From Pseudomonadota bacterium (lineage in GTDB: Bacteria; Pseudomonadota; Alphaproteobacteria; Rhizobiales; Hyphomicrobiaceae), in NCBI GenBank assembly GCA_038523925.1, contig JBCBIY010000005.1, positions 27,716-91,715 on the forward strand: a stretch of DNA of 64,000 bases, read 5' to 3'. The number at the start of each line of letters is the position of its first letter. Position 1 is the stretch's first letter. Shown here piece after piece: positions 57,099 to 64,000 of this stretch. Both the position numbers and the translations under genes were made by a program. Under the pieces are notes generated by a model. It searched no databases. It was given only the letters and a program-made list of their open reading frames with translations, and had not been told where the DNA came from.

Positions 57099-58478
57099 AT
57101 GTCAGACACCGCTGATGCACCGCGCGCTGTGGATAAGCCCGAGATCATCAGCGGCGATCTCGTCCGCGCCGTTCAAGAAGCGCTTGAGCGGGACGACAAG
57201 GCGGCAGCGAAGGCGCTGGCCGAAGAGCTGCGCGCGCCGGACCTCGCCGACCTTCTAGAGGCGTTAAATCAAGACGAACGCGCGCCTTTCATCATGGCGC
57301 TCGGCAACGACTTTGAGTTCGACGCATTCTCTGAACTCGACGAAGCGGTCCGCGACCAGCTTTCAGAAGAGCTGCCGAACTCCTATCTCGCGAAGGCCGT
57401 CGCCGAACTTGAATCGGATGATGCCGCGTACGTTCTCGACGGCCTCGAGGACGAGGACCGCGAAGACGTCCTCCAGCAGATGCCGCTCGCGGACCGGACC
57501 GCACTCAGGCGTAACCTCGAATATGAAGACGAGACCGCCGGCCGCATCATGCAGGCCGACTTCGTCACCGTTGCGCCGTTCTGGAACGTCGGCCAGGTGA
57601 TCGATCATCTGCGCTCAGCCAAAGACCTGCCGGAGACGTTTTCCGAGATCTTCGTGGTCGATCCCACCTATCACGTGCTCGGATCCATAGGGCTGTCACA
57701 ACTCGTCCGCACCCAGCGCGACATCGTCGTCTCGGACATCATGACCTCTGACATTGAGGTCGTGCGGGCGACGGAGGACCAGGAAGAGGTCGCCCGCCAG
57801 TTCAACCGCTATGACCTGCTGTCAGCGCCGGTCGTCGACGAGAACGAGCGGATGGTCGGTGTCGTCACCGTCGACGACATGGTCGAGGTCATTCAGGATG
57901 AGGCGGACGAAGACATTAAGCGTCTTGGCGGTGTCGGTGACGAGAGCCTGCTCGACAATGTCATCGACGCGACCAAGAGCCGGTTTGTCTGGCTGCTCAT
58001 TAACCTCGCCACCGCGATCCTGGCCTCGCTCGTCATCAAGCAGTTCGACGCGTCGATCTCGGAGCTCGTGGCGCTTGCGGTGCTGATGCCGATCGTCGCC
58101 TCCATGGGTGGCAACGCCGGCACGCAGACCATGACCGTGGCCGTGGTCGCGCTCGGCACCAAGGACCTCGGGCCGCGCAACGCGCTTAAAGTCGTCATGC
58201 GCGAGGCAGCGATCGGCCTCCTCAACGGGTTTATCTTTGCCGTCATTCTTGGCGCCATCACCGTTGTCTGGTTCGGCAGCGGGCCGTTGGGCTTCGTCAT
58301 TGCGGCTGCCATGATCTTCAACCACTTCGCCGCCGCGCTTGCCGGCATCGCAATCCCGCTGGCGCTCGACAAACTTGGCTACGACCCGGCGATCGCTTCC
58401 GGTGTGTTCCTCACAACCGTGACGGACGTCGTCGGTTTCTTTGCGTTTCTCGGCCTCGCCACGTACTTTTTGTTTTGA
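57099..58478 (+). CDS. mgtE: magnesium transporter
   Basis: N-domain, tandem CBS region (VAPFWNVGQVIDHLR; LLSAPVVDENERMVGVVTVDDM) and a five-TM C-terminus with GGNAGTQ. Confidence 0.9.
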   Translation: MSDTADAPRAVDKPEIISGDLVRAVQEALERDDKAAAKALAEELRAPDLADLLEALNQDERAPFIMALGNDFEFDAFSELDEAVRDQLSEELPNSYLAKAVAELESDDAAYVLDGLEDEDREDVLQQMPLADRTALRRNLEYEDETAGRIMQADFVTVAPFWNVGQVIDHLRSAKDLPETFSEIFVVDPTYHVLGSIGLSQLVRTQRDIVVSDIMTSDIEVVRATEDQEEVARQFNRYDLLSAPVVDENERMVGVVTVDDMVEVIQDEADEDIKRLGGVGDESLLDNVIDATKSRFVWLLINLATAILASLVIKQFDASISELVALAVLMPIVASMGGNAGTQTMTVAVVALGTKDLGPRNALKVVMREAAIGLLNGFIFAVILGAITVVWFGSGPLGFVIAAAMIFNHFAAALAGIAIPLALDKLGYDPAIASGVFLTTVTDVVGFFAFLGLATYFLF

Positions 58479-58502
58479 GGACGCGAGTGAAGGAGCGCTG
58501 AG

Positions 58503-58952
58503 ATGACAGGCGTCGTCACGATCCGGCACGTCGCTGAAAGTGACCGCGCGCAATGGCAACGGCTGTTTGCGGCCTACATTGCGTTCTACGAAGCGCAGAT
58601 TGCCGATGACGTCTTTGGAGTGACGTTTGCGCGGCTGCTCTCAGATGAGCCGCACACGCACAGCGGCTTTGTCGCCGAGCGCGATGACGGCACCCTCGTT
58701 GGCCTCGCCCACGTACTGTTCCACCGCTCGACATGGTCGGCGACCGGCTACCTCTATCTTGAAGACGTGTTCGTTGACCCGGATGCCCGGGGTGGTGGCG
58801 TTGGCCGTGCGCTGATTGAGGCTGTGTACGCACACGCCGATGCGCTCGGCGCGACGCGGACCTACTGGGCGACCCAGTCCTTCAACGAGACCGCCCGGCG
58901 GCTCTATGACCGGCTCGCGACGCTGAGCCCCTTCGTGCAGTACCGGCGCTAG
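58503..58952 (+). CDS. GNAT-family N-acetyltransferase
   Basis: 149 aa with acetyl-CoA motif A (VFVDPDARGGGVGRALIE). Confidence 0.75.
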   Translation: MTGVVTIRHVAESDRAQWQRLFAAYIAFYEAQIADDVFGVTFARLLSDEPHTHSGFVAERDDGTLVGLAHVLFHRSTWSATGYLYLEDVFVDPDARGGGVGRALIEAVYAHADALGATRTYWATQSFNETARRLYDRLATLSPFVQYRR

Positions 58953-59147
58953 ATCTGTTCCGGGTCGCAGTCACGCCCGCCCAAGTCTCGCTTATGTGTG
59001 TGACGCTGCATCTTCCGCGTCCGCCGCTGCTGCCGGATCGGTGCGAGGTCGCGGGCGGCACTGTATTTCCCAATTGGCGAAACGAACCTTAACGAGCCGT
59101 TAACTATACCGACGCATCGTCCCGCCATCAGCGTCGGGAGTGAGAGC

Positions 59148-59861
59148 GTGCGTGTCATCCGGTCAGTCTTGCTAAGTGCGGGCCTCATAGCCGGTGTGTT
59201 TGTTGCGCCGGGTCACGCAGTCGCGGAAGCGGCGCAGTGTTCGTCGGTGCCGCCGGAGTTCGCAGAGATCCTGTCGCGGCGCTGGGATGCGGCTTTAAAC
59301 GACGGCCGGGCGCGAGACCTATCCGAACTTTATGCCTTTGACGCGGTGCTCATCACGCCCGCAAGTGAGGCGACGCTGGCGTCACCGCCGGCGGTCTCAG
59401 CACATCTCGGCAAGCTCGCCTCGCACTTCCGCGCAGCGCCGATCACCGTGCGGACCCTGCGCAGCGGCTGCAACACGATCCTCGACTTCGGCGACATCAC
59501 ACTCATCGCGCGCCGCAACCCGCAGCAGCAGTTCACGATGCGGTACTCGCGGCTTTATGAGCGCCGCGGCCAGCACTGGCAGGTGACGGTCGATCATCTG
59601 ACGTGGCGGGACGGCATGCCAACGCGGCATCGCGATCTGCCGCTTGGTGACGATCGCGCGAAACTGACGGCGATGATTTCAGGCCTCGGCCAGGGCAAGC
59701 AGCCGGCCGTTGCCGGTATGCTCATTCGGCCGCCGGCCCTTGCTGCGCGTCCACTTGCAGCGCGCGCCCCAAGCGTGCGGCCAAAGCCGCGCAGGTCGCG
59801 GCGCGCCCGCGTCATCCGCAATCGCGACTGGGCCCGCAAAGCGCTCGGCCTCGACGACTGA
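59148..59861 (+). CDS. hypothetical secreted protein with an NTF2/SnoaL-like (DUF4440-like) domain and a basic tail
   Basis: Signal peptide and WDAALNDGRARDLSELYAFDAVLITP, typical of the NTF2-like fold. The C-terminus is Arg/Pro-rich. Confidence 0.45.
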   Translation: MRVIRSVLLSAGLIAGVFVAPGHAVAEAAQCSSVPPEFAEILSRRWDAALNDGRARDLSELYAFDAVLITPASEATLASPPAVSAHLGKLASHFRAAPITVRTLRSGCNTILDFGDITLIARRNPQQQFTMRYSRLYERRGQHWQVTVDHLTWRDGMPTRHRDLPLGDDRAKLTAMISGLGQGKQPAVAGMLIRPPALAARPLAARAPSVRPKPRRSRRARVIRNRDWARKALGLDD

Positions 59862-59867
59862 CCTCGA

Positions 59868-61121
59868 TCAGGCAGCGACGCGGCGCTCGGCTGGCGTCCA
59901 GCGGACGGGCAGCGACGCAAACCCACGAATGCCGGGCGATGGGTTCCAGTTGAGATCATCACCCGCGGTCTCAATCGTCCACTGCCGCGTGCCGTCGAAC
60001 AGGGCCGAGAAGGCCGTGATGGCCTCCATACGCGCGAGCTGTGCGCCGAGGCAGACATGGGGCCCGAAGCCAAAGCCGAGGTGCGGGTTTTCCGAGCGCG
60101 CCAGGTCGGCGGCGTGCGGGTTCTCAAACATCGATGGGTCGCGGTTGGCGCCGGAAAGATACGCCGAGATCACGTTGCCGCGCCGCAGCTCGTGACCTGC
60201 GATCGTCACATCGCGTCGCGCATAGCGCGCCTCCGTCATCTCAACGGGGGAGAGGTAGCGCAGCAGCTCATCAACCGCCTGCACGGCGCGCCGCCGGTCG
60301 AGGTTGGCGAATGCCGCCGTCTGGCCCTGCGTGATAAGGTGATGCGCTGAGAGCGAGATCAGGTGGACGGTTGTCTCATGGCCTGCAAACAGCAGCAGGA
60401 AGGCCATCGCCAGCATCTCGTCTTCGTCCAGGACCTCGCCCTCATCATCGGGCTTTACGAGCTCTGACAGCAGGCCCTCGCGCGGGTGCGCCCGGCACGC
60501 GGCAAGCTCCTCGCGCATCAGCTTTGCAAGCTTCGAGACGTTCCAAAGTGCGGTCAACGTGCTGAACGGCCCGTTCGTCATCTCCATGACGGTCGAGGCC
60601 AGGTGTTCGTATTCATCTGCGCGGCGCACATCGATGCCGAGCAGTTCGGAGATGACGCGCAAGGGAAACGGGCGCGCAAAGTCTGTCACAAGATCAAACG
60701 GCGTGCCGGCTGGATGCTTGCTCAGAAGCTCCGCCGCGATGGCCTCGATGCGCGGGCCCATGGAGACAATGCCGCGGCGATTGAAAGCGTGATTGACGAG
60801 CCGGCGGAGCCGTTTGTGGTCCGGCGCGTCCCGGCCCAGCATGTTGTCGGACAAAACGCGGATCGTCTTTGGTATCCACCACGAGATGCCAAGGCGGCCC
60901 GACTTGCCGGCGCTGCGCGGATCGTTTGCGAAGGTGTCCGTGTCGCGCAGCACGCGCAGGGCGTCTTCATGGCGGTAGGCCGCCGGGACGGCCCCAAGGA
61001 TCGGGACTTTAAGCCAGAGCGGACAGCCGCGCGCATGAAGTTCGGCAATGGGCGCGGCCGTGTTCGCCCGATAGTCATTGTCGCCGAGCGAAACCATGAA
61101 CCCGTTGCGGTACTGATCCAT
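59868..61121 (-). CDS. cytochrome P450
   Basis: Heme-ligand loop FGFGPHVCLGAQLA, an ExxR motif (EELRY-like ELLRYLSP) and an I-helix (LLLFAGHETT). Confidence 0.85.
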   Translation of the reverse strand: MDQYRNGFMVSLGDNDYRANTAAPIAELHARGCPLWLKVPILGAVPAAYRHEDALRVLRDTDTFANDPRSAGKSGRLGISWWIPKTIRVLSDNMLGRDAPDHKRLRRLVNHAFNRRGIVSMGPRIEAIAAELLSKHPAGTPFDLVTDFARPFPLRVISELLGIDVRRADEYEHLASTVMEMTNGPFSTLTALWNVSKLAKLMREELAACRAHPREGLLSELVKPDDEGEVLDEDEMLAMAFLLLFAGHETTVHLISLSAHHLITQGQTAAFANLDRRRAVQAVDELLRYLSPVEMTEARYARRDVTIAGHELRRGNVISAYLSGANRDPSMFENPHAADLARSENPHLGFGFGPHVCLGAQLARMEAITAFSALFDGTRQWTIETAGDDLNWNPSPGIRGFASLPVRWTPAERRVAA

Positions 61122-61198
61122 GACGCACTCCTGTTCCGCGTTGCGAGGTTCAGTGCCGTCGTCATCTGGAGCGCGACACGCCGCGTCGCGCCCGGCTA

Positions 61199-62509
61199 TC
61201 AGCTCGTCGGCACCTCAAGCTTCTTCGTCAGGTTCTCGAATTCGCGGCGGAGTTCTTCGTTGCGGAAGATCTCTTCGAACGTCGGCGCTTCGAGCTGCTG
61301 CAGCGCCTCAAACGTGCGTGCGGCTTCCTTCATGAGGGCGCGGAGCTGGAAGCTTGCTTCCACCGTCTCGTAGGTGTTGTCCGCAATTTCGAGGTCATGC
61401 GCGGCTTTCGAGCGCGCCTTGGCGATCTGTTCGCGCTGCTGCAACAGGTATTTGCGATAGCCCCGCGCGGCGTCTTCGGCGAGCCGCTGGCTCTCGAGGT
61501 TCGCCTCCAGCACACGGCGCTGATCGGACCGGTTGCGCCGGCGCAGCAGCTCTTTCGTCTTCTTGCGCGCCGCGCGGATGTCGCGGCTGATTGCAGACAG
61601 CTTTGGCAGATACTGCTTATCGATCCGGCCGATGATCGTGTCCTGTGCGTGGACGAGCATCGCAAAGAGCGCCGCGTGCATCGCAAAATACTTGCGCGCC
61701 GACTTCGTGTTCTCACCCGTCGCCGTCATCCGACGCGCGAGCTGCTGATCGATCAGCTTGGCGGAGTTAAACACTGCGACGAGCCGCACAAGATCGCCCG
61801 ACAGCACGCTGTCGAGCAGCAGATCCACCTGGTCCGGCGCCATCTTCAGGCCGGACTTGGCGAGTGCCGCGCCGACCTTGTCTTTCGTCTTCTCGATCTC
61901 TTCGCGGTTCAGCGCGATGCGCGCCTCGGCCTCTTTGATGGCCGTATCGAGGCTCGCGACGGTGTCTGACAGCACGCCTGGAAGCAGCCCGCTCTCGGGC
62001 GCGTCCAACCGCTTCTCCTTCATCGCGACGATCTGGTCTTCGAGCTTCTGGATCGACTTCCGACGCTGCTCGATCTCTTTCTGGAACTTGACGACAGGCA
62101 CGTCGGTGACAATGCCGAGCGCGGCATCGAGCAACTCGCGCACGCGGTCCTGCCGGTCCTCTTTTGTCTCGCTCCAGATGGGCGGGACGATGAAGTCGTT
62201 CTTGGAGGGAAGCTTGCTCGCCTTGCCGCGGTTGTCAGCGGTGTCCTTCAGAATGCGATCGATCGCCTGCATCAGGCGCTTGGCCTGCTCATAGGTCTTG
62301 TCGCCAGCGCGCGGGTCGGTGTCCGCGCGCGCGCCCGGACGCACGTCCGCCGACGGGGCCTTCTCCGCCGTCTCCCGCTCAATGAGATCTGTGATGCCGT
62401 CCGCCCAACGGTTCTGAGCATCGGCGGGACCGGCCACAAGCAAGCCGCCAGCCATCAGCGCGATCGCGCACGATGGCGCCACCATCGACCGCCGGTTCAA
62501 GTTCGACAT
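61199..62509 (-). CDS. hypothetical secreted, predominantly alpha-helical/coiled-coil protein
   Basis: 436 aa with signal peptide ...LLVAGPADAQ and a long charged heptad-like sequence. No catalytic motif was recognised. Confidence 0.5.
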   Translation of the reverse strand: MSNLNRRSMVAPSCAIALMAGGLLVAGPADAQNRWADGITDLIERETAEKAPSADVRPGARADTDPRAGDKTYEQAKRLMQAIDRILKDTADNRGKASKLPSKNDFIVPPIWSETKEDRQDRVRELLDAALGIVTDVPVVKFQKEIEQRRKSIQKLEDQIVAMKEKRLDAPESGLLPGVLSDTVASLDTAIKEAEARIALNREEIEKTKDKVGAALAKSGLKMAPDQVDLLLDSVLSGDLVRLVAVFNSAKLIDQQLARRMTATGENTKSARKYFAMHAALFAMLVHAQDTIIGRIDKQYLPKLSAISRDIRAARKKTKELLRRRNRSDQRRVLEANLESQRLAEDAARGYRKYLLQQREQIAKARSKAAHDLEIADNTYETVEASFQLRALMKEAARTFEALQQLEAPTFEEIFRNEELRREFENLTKKLEVPTS

Positions 62510-62595
62510 TCCAAGCCCTCCTGGTGCGTTAAGAGAAGGGGAATGAAAGATGTCATTTCAATGGGCCGAAGGGGCGGAACAGGCTGTGTTTGCGG

Positions 62596-63078
62596 TTAAA
62601 TCCACCGCCGCGAGCGCTCGAAATAGGCCTCATATTCGACGCCGAATCGCCGCCTGAGGTGCGCTTCTTCTGGCAGAATCGCAAACCACGTGACGAGCGG
62701 CACGAAGAGGACTGCCGCGATCCCGAACCAGATGTTTTGGGTCACCTCCGCAAAACCGAGCAGGATCATGGTGTCGGCGAGGTAAATCGGGTTGCGGAAG
62801 CGGCGGAACGGCCCGTGCGTGATCAGCATGTCCGCGCCGCGATCCGGTCTGATGTTGGTTCGCGCCCGCAGCATCGTCCAGACAGCCCATGCCATCAGCA
62901 CTAGCCCTCCGACCCCGATCGTGCGGCCAATCACCTTGGCAATCAGGTCGTTCGTCCCCGGCCACGGCAGCGGCGCGACCTGGCCGAGTACAAACGATCC
63001 GCCAAGGGCCCCCATCAGCAGCAGCGGCGGCCACGGGATCCGTGACGGTGCGTCGGCTTCAGTTTTCGCGTCGGTCAT
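62596..63078 (-). CDS. isoprenylcysteine carboxyl methyltransferase (ICMT)/phospholipid methyltransferase-family membrane protein
   Basis: 160 aa with four TM stretches and a C-terminal [14 protein letters not shown]...[16 protein letters not shown] signature. Confidence 0.7.
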   Translation of the reverse strand: MTDAKTEADAPSRIPWPPLLLMGALGGSFVLGQVAPLPWPGTNDLIAKVIGRTIGVGGLVLMAWAVWTMLRARTNIRPDRGADMLITHGPFRRFRNPIYLADTMILLGFAEVTQNIWFGIAAVLFVPLVTWFAILPEEAHLRRRFGVEYEAYFERSRRWI

Positions 63079-63127
63079 GCTGTGTTCCTGTCAAAGTCCA
63101 CATAGCCGCGTGATGAGAGAGCGATCA

Positions 63128-64000
63128 ATGATCCCGAACGCAGCCCCAAGCTTCAACTTCGACTTGGATGAGACGGCGAATCAATTGCGCGACAGCGTGC
63201 AGTCGTTCGCCTCCGACAAGATTGCGCCGCTCGCCGAGGAGATCGATCGCACCGATGAGTTCCCGCGCCACCTCTGGCCGCAAATGGGCGAGTTGGGCCT
63301 TCACGGGATCACCGTCGCGGAAGAGGACGGCGGAACCGGCCTCGGCTACCTCGACCATTGCATCGCCATGGAGGAGGTGAGCCGCGCATCCGCATCAGTC
63401 GGCCTCTCATACGGCGCCCACTCCAACCTGTGCATCAACCAGATCTTCCGCAACGGCAACGCGGACCAGAAGAGCCGTTACCTTGAAAAGTTGATCTCGG
63501 GCGAGCACGTCGGCGCGCTTGCGATGTCCGAGCCGGGCGCTGGCTCAGACGTCGTGTCGATGAAGCTGCGGGCGGAGAAGAAGGGCGACCGTTACGTCCT
63601 CAACGGCTCGAAATTTTGGATCACAAACGGGCCCGGCGGCGACGTCCTTGTCGTCTACGCGAAGACGGATCCGGAGGCCGGCCCGCGCGGCATCACGGCT
63701 TTCATCGTCGAGAAAGACTTTCCGGGCTTCAGCGTCGCACAAAAGCTCGACAAGCTCGGCATGCGCGGCTCCAACACCGGCGAGCTCGTATTCGAGAACT
63801 GCGAGGTGCCGGAAGAAAACGTGCTCGGCGAGGTTGGCCGCGGGGTCAATGTCCTCATGAGCGGGCTCGATTACGAGCGCGCTGTGCTGGCGGCGGGCCC
63901 GCTCGGCATCATGCAGGCGGCCTTCGATGTGGTGATGCCGTACATCCATGACCGTAAGCAGTTCGGCAAATCGATCGGCGAGTTTCAGCTCGTGCAGGGC
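63128..64000 (+). CDS. ivd: isovaleryl-CoA dehydrogenase (acyl-CoA dehydrogenase family), 5' partial; continues past window end
   Basis: This ORF is not in the supplied track because it has no stop in the window. My translation from the ATG at 63128 is [63 protein letters not shown]...[17 protein letters not shown]...FWITNGP...[17 protein letters not shown]. It stays open for 291 codons to the edge. Confidence 0.85.
   Translation, partial: MIPNAAPSFNFDLDETANQLRDSVQSFASDKIAPLAEEIDRTDEFPRHLWPQMGELGLHGITVAEEDGGTGLGYLDHCIAMEEVSRASASVGLSYGAHSNLCINQIFRNGNADQKSRYLEKLISGEHVGALAMSEPGAGSDVVSMKLRAEKKGDRYVLNGSKFWITNGPGGDVLVVYAKTDPEAGPRGITAFIVEKDFPGFSVAQKLDKLGMRGSNTGELVFENCEVPEENVLGEVGRGVNVLMSGLDYERAVLAAGPLGIMQAAFDVVMPYIHDRKQFGKSIGEFQLVQG

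Overview
This is a visibly GC-rich chromosomal segment (G+C not computed). Gene content and protein signatures look alphaproteobacterial, Hyphomicrobiales-like. It is densely coded, with about 62 supportable CDS and one tRNA, and many 1-4 nt start/stop overlaps that indicate operons.

Gene content in order:
- Carotenoid genes crtW, crtB and crtY, then epmA/efp.
- A class III nucleotidyl cyclase paired with a stand-alone cNMP-binding protein.
- azlCD and ilvC.
- A purine-oxidation block: puuD, an NMT1-type ABC importer and xdhABC.
- The NAGGN osmoprotectant trio (asnO-ngg-M42 peptidase) plus an MFS pump.
- A tungstate-type ABC transporter (tupBCA order) behind a perfect 24-bp palindrome.
- A Crp-like regulator translationally coupled to an enolase-superfamily enzyme.
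- A copper module: a CueR-type operator, then a glutaredoxin-MauE fusion, cueR and a multicopper oxidase, with a convergent LTXXQ protein.
- tRNA-Ser(UGA).
- A housekeeping run: rlpA, dacC-like, tmk, holB, metG, tatD, gatCA.
- A BTLCP/PilZ/PAS_5/rhomboid group.
- A cyclase-family protein with an ABC-2 exporter.
- Two polysaccharide deacetylase paralogues, mgtE, a P450, and the 5' part of isovaleryl-CoA dehydrogenase.

The most unusual signal is non-coding. Immediately 3' of tRNA-Ser(UGA) lie five head-to-tail units of about 119 bp (36543-37138). Each unit re-creates the last 25 nt of the tRNA, including the CCA, and each carries a perfect 10-bp-stem hairpin. The units fall into two tail subtypes. 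No integrase or transposase is visible anywhere in the window. A second array of three units of about 104 bp follows gatA.

No CRISPR array, rRNA, prophage or recognisable defence system was seen. All functional calls rest on motif recognition by eye, without database searches.
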